Source: Heteronotia binoei (taxonomy: Eukaryota). Taken from it: a stretch of 64,000 nucleotides of DNA. The notes under the pieces are model-generated. The model made no database searches. It saw nothing but the letters and a program-made list of their open reading frames with translations, and was not told where the DNA came from. Both the position numbers and the translations under genes were made by a program. Location: assembly GCF_032191835.1 (NCBI RefSeq), contig NC_083237.1, positions 10,416,001-10,480,000 on the forward strand, read 5' to 3'. Position 1 is the first letter of the stretch; every line of letters begins with the position of its first letter. This document shows, in pieces, positions 1-9,478 of the stretch.

Positions 1-259
1 CTGCCTAGGATGCTGTTCCGCCTTGAGCTGCTGCGGCCTGTAAACTGATGAAGGGGAGAGGATGGCAAAAGGTGCAGAGTGGGTGGAACGATTTTAATGT
101 GGGTAGGGTTGTGACCTTTGAGGGGTGGCAAAAAGGGTGGGTGGGGGATATCCATGGGAACCTGGATTATCTTTGACTTAGAAGTGAAACAAGGGAAAGA
201 TTGACACAAAAGCACTCTCAGTAAACCCATAGAAACAGTGACCAGAAAGCGAACTGAGC

Positions 260-602
260 TAGAGTATCTGCTTGGTAAGCAGAAGGTCCCAGGTTCAATC
301 CCCGGCATCTCCAACTAAAAAGGGTCCAGGCAAGTAGGCGTGAAAAACCTCAGCTTGAGGCCCTGGAGAGCCGCTCCAGTCAGGTGAGGGACGGTGGCTC
401 AGTGGTAGAGCATCTGCTTGGGAAGCAGAAGGTCCCAGGTTCAATCCCCAGCATCTCCAACTAAAAAGGGTCCAGGCAAATAGGTGTGAAAAACCTCAGC
501 TTGAGGCCCTGGAGAGCCGCTGCCAGTCTGAGTAGACAAGACTGACTTTGATATACCGAGGGTCTGCTTCAGTAGAAGGCAGCTTCATATGTTCATGTTC
601 AT
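260..602 (+). mobile_element. Two tandem copies of a tRNA-derived SINE (first truncated, 260-385; second near full length, 386-602)
   Basis: A box TGGCTCAGTGG, B box GGTTCAATCCC, body recurring across the window, (ATATGTTC)n-like tail resembling a CR1 3' end. Confidence 0.85.
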
Positions 603-1057
603 GAGCACTGAAGGGAGGAAAATCAACACAGAATGCAAAAGAAAACCTGACGAACATGCACAATGAAAGTGAGGGGAAACCTCAGTGCATAACAGGTCTT
701 AATTGGATTAGCCAATACTAGGCACAAAAGAGATTTCACATTGCATAAAAGAATTCTAAGCAAAAGAAGACACTCTACTACATTTCAGGATTTCATTCTA
801 TACATGCTCAGAATAAGGAATATTAGGGGCATTGGGCTATGGTGACTTTCATCAATGCTGCCCCCAGTTCCAAAACAGGAGCCCAAAATAACCTCCTCAT
901 CTCTTGGTTACATCATTGTACTGTTTGAATTGTGGTCTCAGGCTGAGCCAATTGTCTGAACTATGGCCCTTTGTTTTAATCTCTCTGTTTTATATTTACA
1001 AGATAGTTTAATTTTGTTGATGCGCTTTATTTATTGCTATTGTAATGCTCTCAGTGC

Positions 1058-1128
1058 CGTAAGCCACCCTGAGCCCACCTTGCGGGGTAGGGCGGGATCT
1101 AAATCGCAAATTAAATTATAATTAAATT
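1058..1128 (+). mobile_element. L2 LINE 3' terminal fragment
   Basis: GTAAGCCACCCTGAG...GGGCGGGAT plus A/T tail; matches the 3' end of the L2 at 38817-40280. Confidence 0.6.
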
Positions 1129-1406
1129 CAATAGTACAACATGAGTTTGGGAGGATTCTGTGTCACTTGGCCCTTTTTTTGAGCCATGATATTTCCCCCT
1201 CATGAAACAGAAATAAGGACTTTTGCTCTATTGATTTTGTAGTAGAACACATCTTTTCCAGAAGCATTTGCCATCTGCACCTGAGATTTCATCTCCCTGG
1301 TGGAATGATTTTTTTAAAAAAAGACTGAACATATTAATGCTTGTCATTTAAAAGGATAAAAAGGTATCCTTCAGAGCCTGTGAAAGCACCTGTAGCTTTA
1401 TTATGT

Positions 1407-1697
1407 GGTAAAGGTAAAGGTAGTCCCCTGTGCAAGCACCAGTCATTTCCGATTCTGGGGTGATGTCGCATCACAATGTTTTCATGGCAGACTTTTTACG
1501 GGGTGGTTTGCCATTGCCTTCCCCAATCATCTACACTTTCCCCCCAGCAAGCTGGGGACTCATTTTACTGACTTTGGAAGGATGAAAGGCTGAATCAACC
1601 TTGAGCCGGCAACCTGAACCCAGCTTCCACCAGGATCAAACTTAGATCATGAGCAGAGAGCTTGGACTGCAGTACTGCAGCTGCACCATGGGGCTCT
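1407..1697 (-). mobile_element. Sauria SINE
   Basis: (AAAGGT)n on + equals the (ACCTTT)n tail; typical Sauria body; many paralogues in the window. Confidence 0.85.
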
Positions 1698-2380
1698 TTC
1701 ATTAGGTGCTACAAACAGACAAATCCAGAAGCAGATAAAGTGACACAAATAAATTCAAATATCTTTGTAAAATTTCTGTGCTTACGCAGAAGGAGAGATG
1801 GGTGCTTTTTATTGGCTTTGGCTGATCTCCCTGTCTATCATTGTCTTCTGCTAAGTGATACATTCTAGAAAGGATTTTCCTCATTCTTTTAGTAAATATC
1901 TTAGATAGCATATGAAAATTAATTTTGAGAAAATGAAGAAGACGCCTACTCCAGGAAACAATCCAGAAACTTAAGCATGTGAGTACTGATCTTGCATTAA
2001 CTTTCTCCCAAATTGCCAGGGCTTTGTAGTTTAAAATTATAGGTGATGCACCATTTTTCACAATTTAAAGAAATGGGGCATATTGGGCTATTTTTTTTTT
2101 TGCTTTTACATTGAAAGCTGCAAACTAGAATTTTGTTTTAAAGGTTTCGAACATCAATTTAAGGAACCTCCCCCCCCCTTTACAAAAATGCAATCGCGAT
2201 TCTCATTTATCAGTTGAAAAATATATGAAGTCAATAATATCATTTTTTTTAAGGCTAGGGTAAAATAGTGTGTAAAGGAATGGTTTTGATCATATAATCA
2301 CTTAGGGAGCTATACTGTTATCTTTCAAGCATACTTGTGGAAACTAATAGAAAGGAGTGGATAATATGTTCTATTGAGAC

Positions 2381-2632
2381 AGTTTGCCGTAGTGGTTAAC
2401 TGCGTGGACTCCTATCTGGGAGAACTGGATTTGATTCCCCACTCCTCCAGCTGCTGAAATGGCCTTGGGTCAGCCATAGACCTTGTAGGAGTTGTCCTTA
2501 AAAGGGCAGCTGCTGTAAGAGCCCTCTCAGCCCCACCCACCTCACAGGGTGTCTGTTGTGGAGGAGGAAGATAAAGGAGATTATGAACCTCTCTGAGTGG
2601 AGGGCGGAATATAAATCCAATGTCTTCTTCTT
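2381..2632 (+). mobile_element. Squam3-like tRNA-derived SINE
   Basis: GTAGTGGTT...GATTCCCCACTCCTCC head, CAGCCCCACCCACCTCACAGGGTGTCTGTTGTG body, (TTC)n tail. Confidence 0.8.
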
Positions 2633-2919
2633 GATACTTTCTGCTGCTAACCAAAAGCTTCCATGAAGCCAGATGTCAGCAGATAGAATGATCAACAAGA
2701 CTGAGGGTCCCCAGGTGAGGCTTGTTGGCTCCATGACACCCACTGACACCTTTCCTGGTGCCCAACAAGGGCCTGGATGTGGCTTTTTTTCTAGCAAAGT
2801 TTCTGATTTTGCATTGTGTGGCTGCCTCCATGAAAATAATTTTGTTTCGGCGTCAGCTGCCACTACACTGTTGGTTTTGTTCTCTCTCATTCTTTTTTCA
2901 CCCTCTTGACTCTTGTACC

Positions 2920-3004
2920 TGTTTGGTGTAGTGATTAAATGTGTGGACTCTTATCTGGGAGAACCAGCTTTGATTCCCCACTCCTCCACTTGCAGCTGCT
3001 GGAA
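2920..3004 (+). mobile_element. Squam3-like SINE, 5' half (split by the Ngaro insertion)
   Basis: Ends at GCTGCTGGAA; the continuation AATGGCCTTGGGTCAGCC resumes at 10045; intact paralogue at 2381-2632. Confidence 0.9.
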
Positions 3005-3190
3005 GGTCCGGCCCTTACCCAGCCGAATCTGCCTGCAGTAATTGAGGCTGGGGGCCGCCTTTGCCCCGCCCGGAAGGAGGAGGGAGCAGGATCACCCGAT
3101 ATACGGGTGTTTTGCTGGGGCGGGGAATCGGGGCTTTATAAGCCTCGGTTTCCCGCCCTCCAACTCACGCAGTTCGGTTTGGGCTCTCTG
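3003..3190 (+). repeat. Split direct repeat A1 (188 bp)
   Basis: No mismatch to A2 (9291-9478) seen by eye. Confidence 0.95.
3064..3175 (+). promoter_or_regulatory. Putative Pol II promoter in repeat A
   Basis: GC boxes CCCCGCCC (3064) and GGGGCGGGG (3117), TTTATAA (3135-3141), Inr-like CTCACGCAGTT about 30 nt downstream; repeated in A2 (TTTATAA 9423-9429). Confidence 0.55.
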
Positions 3191-4000
3191 GATGAGAGCC
3201 TCGTGCGTCCGGAGCGTCGCCTGAGCGGTTGGTCGGCTGGTCCCTGCGGTCCTTCCCGGGTCGGTCTGCGCGTGAACAGCTGATCGGCGCGGCAGAGCTG
3301 ATTATTTCTGGGAGCGAGGGACCGGCGTTGGAGCGTGTTGAGCCTCGGCGGCTTCGGCGGCTTCTTCCACGCTCCGGCGGCGCGTGCGGCCAGCTGATTT
3401 GCGCTGCGAGGCTGAGTTTTGCGCAGCGTCTTCGGGGGCCTGGGAGGTCTGGGCCAGGGGGAAGCTTGCGTTGTGAGCCCTTCGGGCTGTGGGCTGTGGG
3501 TGCGCGGGCGATAGCCGGAGCGGGGCTGTGTGGGTGAAAGTCTTGGGGGCCAGGTAGAGGCCCGAGTAGTGGCCGGCGGGGCGCTGGGGCTTTGCAGGGC
3601 TGGGCTTCGGGCCGGCCACGCTGCCCGGTAAGGAGCGCAGCGTTCTTTCCATTGGTGGTCGCAAGCGCTGGGCCAGTAATACGCAGCTGCCTTGTGGTGG
3701 GGGCCTGTAGAAAAGGGTGCCTGCTGCTTATTGGGGGGCCTTTCTCACTCAGAGTTGAGTGGGTGAAGCACCCGGCCTCCCAGTTGTTAAGCCCTTTAAG
3801 TAGGTAGAACCATAACCCCCCCCCCCCCAATTTTCTTTAGTCCCTGGCCACGTGAGTTGAGCCTGCTGGGCTAGTGGTTGGGGTGGACCTCCTCCGGTGT
3901 GCAGTGGGCTTTTCCTCCAGTCTAGCCCTTCTTTCTACACATTCTTTGTAAGGGAGTGCTGTGGGTGAACCCTGGAGGTGGGTTGCAGTCGTTCCTAGGA

Positions 4001-4192
4001 GAGGGACAGTGGCTCAGTGGTAGAGCATCTGCTTGGTAAGCGGAAGGTCCCAGGTTCAACCCCCGACATTTCCATCTATATCATAAAAAAAAAAAAAAAA
4101 AGGGGGTGGGGTCCAGGCTAGTAGGAGTGAAAGAGCCTCGGCTTTAGACCTTGGAGTGCCGCTGCCTGTCCGAGTAGTCAATACTGTCTTTG
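4001..4192 (+). mobile_element. Diverged tRNA-SINE embedded in the Ngaro 5' leader
   Basis: Same family as 386-602; A box 4010-4020 and B box 4053-4063 intact; internal A17; 3' tail missing; ends about 25 nt before the gag ATG. Confidence 0.85.
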
Positions 4193-4216
4193 GCCTGTGC
4201 CATAGTAGCATTCAAG

Positions 4217-5748
4217 ATGGCTCCCAAAAAAGGTCAGGGTAAATCAAAAGGTAAACAGCCCGCCCGCCCACCTCGTGGGCGGGGCCAGCAGCAGCCTCCG
4301 GTGGAAGAACGGGCCGAAAGTGAGCAGGTGCGGATGGCCATTATGGGTCAGTTGGACGCCCTAGAGCAGGAGAGAGTCGCTAGGGGCGCCCCCATTTGGG
4401 AGGGACGCCGCCGGGCCTCCGGTCGGTCGGCCAGATTGACATTTGAGACGGAATTGCTCGCGCGTCTTTCTGCTTTACAGGGTGGGCCAGCGGAGACTGA
4501 AGCACCACTGGAACCGGACCAGGAGGAGGATCCGGAGGAGGGCCCATCGGGTGTGGCGCCGAGCGGCGGTGCGCAGGGCAGCAGTGAGCTTCGCACCCCG
4601 GGTGACGCTGGGGTCTTCACGGGTGATGGTGGTAAGCCCTTTTGTCAGCCAAGTTATGGGTGGCCGTGGGGCCCCATTCAACCCCCCCCCCACAGCCAGC
4701 GCAGGGTGGGGCATTTTGGGGTGTGGGGCAGCTAGGAGTCAGTGAGCAGTTGGGTCCTGTCCAGCCGTGGGCTTGGGGGTTTCACACACCCAGCCCGCTG
4801 CCCAACTCCGTCATTCTTCCAGTTGGCCAGCAGGTAGGCGCCATCGCGCCACCTGCGGTTTCTACCCCCCCGTCCACACCTGGCATTCTGCCGTGGGGTG
4901 GTCAGCAGTTGGCTCAGATGCAAGGGGCTTGGCCAGGGGCTCAGGGTAGCGGGTGGTTTTACCCGCCTAACCCTTATGCCAGCATTCCCTTTCATGTTCT
5001 TCCATATGGGGATACCTCCTTACCCCTGGGTGACCATTTGACTGTCGCTACGCGGGAGAAAATTCTCCGCGGCGAATTTGTGGATGTCTTCAGCCTCCTA
5101 TTCAGAGAGCTCGAAAAGAAGAGTAAGGACGAGCTCGATGATAAGGAGAAGGAGAAACTGAAGAGGAGGAAAGTAGATAGATCTTGGGCGAACTGGTTGC
5201 CGGGATTTCTGATCTATGCGGGAGTCATTGCAAGGGCGCAGCCGGCCAGGGCGGCCGCCCTCTTTCAATATATTGACATTGTGTATCGGGCGTATACGGA
5301 CTTCGCTGGTGCAGCTTGGCTGCAGTATGACGAAGCTTTCCGGATGCGGGCCGCAGTTAATCCTGGTATGCCGTGGGACCAAATAAACCAGCAGCTGTGG
5401 TTGCAGCTGATGTCCCCGGCGAAACCAAATGCCGGGGACAGGTCCGATAGCGGCCATTTAGTGCTTAGGGGGCAGCAGCAGCAACAGTCTTCTACAGGGG
5501 CCCGCGTCACCGCGGGCCAGTCGGTTCAAACCCGGTTGCTTTGCTGGGAGTTCGCATCCAAAGGTGCGTGTCCCAGGAAGCCCTGTAAGTTCCGGCATGA
5601 GTGCCCCCTCTGCGGCGGACCCCACGCAATGTCGGCCTGTAGCAGATCTAAGTTTAAGCCGGGCAGCAAGCGCCCTGGGGGTGGTGGGGGCGGGCAGAAC
5701 CCTCCTGGAAAAGGGGCCCAGCCCCATCCGCCTGACGGCTCTCAATGA
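4217..5748 (+). CDS. Ngaro Gag-like ORF1, split by a frameshift at a C10 run (4682-4691)
   Basis: ATG 4217 (MAPKKGQGKSKGK...); ORFs 4190-4735 and 4642-5748 join across the poly-C; C-terminal CWEFASKGACPRKPCKFRH-ECPLCGGPHAMSAC (CCCH plus CCHC zinc fingers, 5542-5640). Confidence 0.85.
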
Positions 5749-7330
5749 GTGGCTGAGCTTATACCCGTGCGCGGCCGATGCTCAGTATTTGCGCGACGGG
5801 TTTAGCTTTGGTTTTCGGATTCCCTATCAGGGGCCTAGGGCCCCTTTTTTGGCTACCAACCTGCGTTCTGTTGTTGGACTTGAGCAAGTGGTACGGGAAA
5901 AAATAGCCAAAGAATGTAGGGAAGGAAGGGTCCTAGGACCTTTTGATGCACCACCTGTTCCCACGTTGAGGGTATCGCCCTTGGGGGTGGTTCCCAAGAA
6001 GGTGGCTGGGGAATACCGTATTATTCACCACCTTTCGTACCCCAGGGGAGCATCGGTAAACGATGCTATCCCCGAGGAATTATGCTCGGTGCGTTATACC
6101 TCCTTTGACCAGGCGGTCAAAGTGGTGCGCTCCTGTGGGATCGGTGCAGAGATGGCGAAGTGCGACATTAAGTCCGCTTTTCGCCTCTTGCCTGTTCACC
6201 CCAGGGACTTCGAGCTACTGGGGTTTTGTTTTGATGGAAAATTTTATATGGATAGGGCTTTGCCGATGGGTTGCTCGATTTCGTGCGCAGCGTTTGAGCG
6301 CTTCAGTTCCTTTTTGGAATGGGCGCTCAGGCACAAGGCCGGGGTTAACGCTACAGCGCACTACCTGGATGACTACCTTTTTGTAGGTCCAGCGGGGTCC
6401 GAGCAATGCGCTGATTTGCTGAACGCATTTCAGGAATTAGCCCTCGAACTCGGGGTGCCCTTGGCACACGAGAAGACTGAGGGGCCAAGCACAGTCCTCA
6501 CCTTTTTGGGCATTGAGCTTGACACTCTGCAGCAAACGTCACGTTTGCCGGAGGCCAAGGTCGCTGACCTTAAGGTCAGGCTGGCTACTTTGAAAGGGCA
6601 GCGGAAGGTTTCGCTGCTGGAGCTACAACAGGTTGTGGGCCACCTTAACTTTGCCTGCAAGGTGGTGGCCCCAGGTAGGGCCTTTTGTAGGCGCCTTTGT
6701 GACGCTATGGGCCGGCTGCGCCTCCCCCATCACAGGGCCCGCGTTACTTCTGGAATGCGAGCAGACCTGGAGGTCTGGGAGGAGTTTTTGGAATCTTTCA
6801 ATGGTGTTTCTTTTTGGAGGGAGGATTTGAAGGTAGAGGCCGAGCTTCAGATTTCTTCGGATGCCTCCGGTGCCAACGGTTTTGGGGTATTTTTTAGAGG
6901 ACATTGGTGCGCGGAGCAGTGGCCCGCGGAATGGTTGGACAGCGGGCTCTGCAGGGACTTGACGTTTCTGGAATTTTTTCCCATCCTGGTGGCCGTTTGG
7001 CTCTGGGGGGAGCAGCTGGCCAACCATTCGGTCCTCTTTTGGTGTGATAACTTGGCGGTCGTCCATGTTATCAATTCTTTATCTTCTAAATCGGTGTTAG
7101 TTATGAATTTGGTTAGGTCCTTCACACTGCGTTGCCTCCAGTTGAATATTTTATTCCTGGCCAGGCACGTACCCGGGGTATGTAACGGGGTGGCGGATGC
7201 TCTGTCTCGCCAACAGATGGAGCGTTTTCGAGAACTGGCCCCAGAAGCAGATCAATGGCCAGCGAAAATGCCAGAGGAACTGTGGCGTCTTGGGAGAAGG
7301 AAGCCGGTAGGGCCATTCAGTTGGCACTAG
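5564..7330 (+). CDS. Ngaro reverse transcriptase / RNase H
   Basis: 588-aa uninterrupted ORF; KCDIKSAFR, LPMG, HYLDDYLF; RNase H SSDASG, LEFFPI, CDNLAVV, ADALSR; overlaps gag in the +1 frame. Confidence 0.95.
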   Translation: MRVPGSPVSSGMSAPSAADPTQCRPVADLSLSRAASALGVVGAGRTLLEKGPSPIRLTALNEWLSLYPCAADAQYLRDGFSFGFRIPYQGPRAPFLATNLRSVVGLEQVVREKIAKECREGRVLGPFDAPPVPTLRVSPLGVVPKKVAGEYRIIHHLSYPRGASVNDAIPEELCSVRYTSFDQAVKVVRSCGIGAEMAKCDIKSAFRLLPVHPRDFELLGFCFDGKFYMDRALPMGCSISCAAFERFSSFLEWALRHKAGVNATAHYLDDYLFVGPAGSEQCADLLNAFQELALELGVPLAHEKTEGPSTVLTFLGIELDTLQQTSRLPEAKVADLKVRLATLKGQRKVSLLELQQVVGHLNFACKVVAPGRAFCRRLCDAMGRLRLPHHRARVTSGMRADLEVWEEFLESFNGVSFWREDLKVEAELQISSDASGANGFGVFFRGHWCAEQWPAEWLDSGLCRDLTFLEFFPILVAVWLWGEQLANHSVLFWCDNLAVVHVINSLSSKSVLVMNLVRSFTLRCLQLNILFLARHVPGVCNGVADALSRQQMERFRELAPEADQWPAKMPEELWRLGRRKPVGPFSWH

Positions 7331-8196
7331 CTCCCAGCACCAGGAAGGCGTACGACAGAGCGTCCAATCAATTTCGGGAATTCAGGAGTGCGGCGGCACT
7401 GCCTGACATTTGGCCGTTTCCTGTGGAGCACATTATGCATTTCTGTGTGCACCAGAAGGAAAGGGGCCTGGGACTGAAATCAATTCGGGGCCAACTTGCA
7501 GCATTGGCTTTTGCTAGCAAGGCCCGCGGTTTCCCTGAGTATACTGGCGATTTCAGGGTTAGAAAAATGCTCGAGGGTTGGGCCCGGGAGCGGACCCGGC
7601 GGGTGGATGATAGGCAACCTATATCCCCGTCTGTTCTTCGAGGGTTGTTTGGGGGTTGGCCCTGTGTTTGTTCCTCCCCCTTTGAAGCAGCATTGTTTCA
7701 TGCTGCCTCTCTGCTGGCCTTTTTTGGGGCCTTGCGGGTAAGTGAGCTGGTGGTTCAGTCCAAGGCTGATACCTCTGGGAGGGCGCTCCAATCCAAGGAT
7801 ATCAAAATTTCGGACAGTCAGCTTGTCCTGACAATCCGCCGGTCTAAGACGGACCAAAGGCAGAGGGGCTCTGTCATTACAATCGGTATGTGCTCTATTC
7901 AGGACTTATGTCCGGTCAGGGCTGTCCGGCGGTACATTAGGGTTAGAGGGAACGTTGAAGGCCCCTTTTTAAGGCATGCCGACGGCTCCCCTCTCACCAA
8001 ATATCAATTTTGGAAGATCACAAGTAAGGCTCTGGCCAGGTTGGGTTTACAGGGCTTTAAATTCGGAACACATTCCTTTAGGATTGGGGCGGCCTCCACA
8101 GCCGCTTCTATGGGTTATACGCCCTCGGCCATTCAGCATATAGGCCGATGGCGGTCGTCGGCTTACAAAACTTATGTTCGCCCTTTGGTCACCTAG
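7255..8196 (+). CDS. Ngaro tyrosine recombinase
   Basis: 313 aa; LRVSEL (R), RSKTD (K), HSFR (H-x-x-R), GRW (W), AYKTY (catalytic Y). Confidence 0.95.
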   Translation: MASENARGTVASWEKEAGRAIQLALAPSTRKAYDRASNQFREFRSAAALPDIWPFPVEHIMHFCVHQKERGLGLKSIRGQLAALAFASKARGFPEYTGDFRVRKMLEGWARERTRRVDDRQPISPSVLRGLFGGWPCVCSSPFEAALFHAASLLAFFGALRVSELVVQSKADTSGRALQSKDIKISDSQLVLTIRRSKTDQRQRGSVITIGMCSIQDLCPVRAVRRYIRVRGNVEGPFLRHADGSPLTKYQFWKITSKALARLGLQGFKFGTHSFRIGAASTAASMGYTPSAIQHIGRWRSSAYKTYVRPLVT

Positions 8197-8264
8197 ACGG
8201 AGGTGGGGGGCCTGCTGGTGTTGTATTGTGGTTACTGTTTGTTGACAGTTCTTTGTCTTTTCAG

Positions 8265-8860
8265 GTGCTGGTGCGCGTGGTGAGAGACGTCGCGTTCTCA
8301 TCTGCGGGCACAGCATGGTTTTCTGGGCTGCCCATTTCGCCAGACGATCTTCAGTGGGCACCCAGCTTGGCCTCAGTGCGTGGGCCACTGTGGATTGGCT
8401 GGGTCGTCGGGGGCTGCGCTGGCCCGGGATCATGCCCCTGCTTTTTAAGGAATGGAAGGCAGCACCTCCACACATTCTGGTCGTCCACTTAGGTGGGAAC
8501 GACTTGGGGCTGCTGCGTGGGAAGGCTCTATCCCAGCAGGCCTTGGCTGACCTCCGGGAAATTCGGCGGAGGTGGCCTGGTGTTATCCTGGTTTGGTCGG
8601 CAATTTTGCCGCGTAGAGTGTGGAGGCATGCCATTTCACCGGGCGGGGTGGAACGAGCCAGGCGAAAAGCTAATCGGGCTATTCAGAAAGCCATGGAAGG
8701 GGGACTAGGAATTTTTCTCCCACATCCGGCCATACGGGTCGAGCAAGTTGACCTGTATCGGCCGGATGGTGTTCACCTTTCTGATTTGGGTAACCGGGCC
8801 TTTTTGGACGAAATTCGGCAGGGGGTGCGGTTGGCTCTGGGCCAACCGTTGGGGCGCTAA
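8265..8860 (+). CDS. SGNH/GDSL-type hydrolase exon of Ngaro (first ATG 8315 lies after the nucleophile)
   Basis: Block I ICGHS (8300-8314), block II G (LGRRG), block III GGND, block V DGVH; in-frame TGA at 8243; acceptor TTCTTTGTCTTTTCAG ending at 8264. Confidence 0.85.
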
Positions 8861-8889
8861 TGCCAAAGCAGAGGCTTGACATTGGCGGT

Positions 8890-9290
8890 GGCTAGAGGAG
8901 GTTGGCCACAGGGTTTCCCAGGGGAGCACCTATGGCCTAGCACCGTTGGTGCGGTGGTCTGCATGAACCGTAGATGGGCTAGACGGCTCAGTGCGGGGAT
9001 TGCAGATCACAGGGAGCCTCACCTGGGCGGATCTTTCCACGGGGATTGATGCCGGCTCGGATGGTGGTGGCTCGAGGCCTGGCCGCTCAGCTACAACCCG
9101 AATTTGGCGGGCTTGTGCTGGGGGCAGGGTGGCTCGCCCTTTGGACAAGGCGGGGTCCGGGGTTGACCCCAGGGCTTGTCTGGTCAGGTTTTCACCCCTC
9201 CTGCCAGTTACAGTTATTTAATGTTTTAATAAAGCGGCCCGGTTTTAAACCCAACACTTGTGTCTGCTTCTTCATTCCGACTGGGGGGGC
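8890..9290 (+). repeat. Split direct repeat B1 (401 bp)
   Basis: No mismatch to B2 (9644-10044) seen; offset 754 bp. Confidence 0.95.
9228..9233 (+). terminator. Polyadenylation signal AATAAA in B1 (copy in B2 at 9982-9987)
   Basis: AATAAA followed by CA and a GU-rich TTGTGTCTG element. Confidence 0.65.
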
Positions 9291-9478
9291 AAGGTCCGGC
9301 CCTTACCCAGCCGAATCTGCCTGCAGTAATTGAGGCTGGGGGCCGCCTTTGCCCCGCCCGGAAGGAGGAGGGAGCAGGATCACCCGATATACGGGTGTTT
9401 TGCTGGGGCGGGGAATCGGGGCTTTATAAGCCTCGGTTTCCCGCCCTCCAACTCACGCAGTTCGGTTTGGGCTCTCTG
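9291..9478 (+). repeat. Split direct repeat A2
   Basis: Identical to A1; abuts B1 (GGGGGGGC|AAGGTCC). Confidence 0.95.

Noticed and set aside
386-460. tRNA gene-like sequences (also near 4003, 33930, 46796, 58026, 63300)
   Set aside because: Each continues into a shared SINE body and tail and has no acceptor stem; these are SINE heads, not tRNA genes.
3165-3830. 221-aa minus-strand ORF and other ORFs in the Ngaro leader and B repeats
   Set aside because: GC-rich sequence depleted of stops; low-complexity Pro/Arg/Ala product with no recognisable domain.
3540-3955. Possible intron in the Ngaro leader (donor CCG|GTAAGG near 3627; acceptors near 3840 and 3950)
   Set aside because: No reading-frame constraint supports a specific pair; motifs alone are insufficient.
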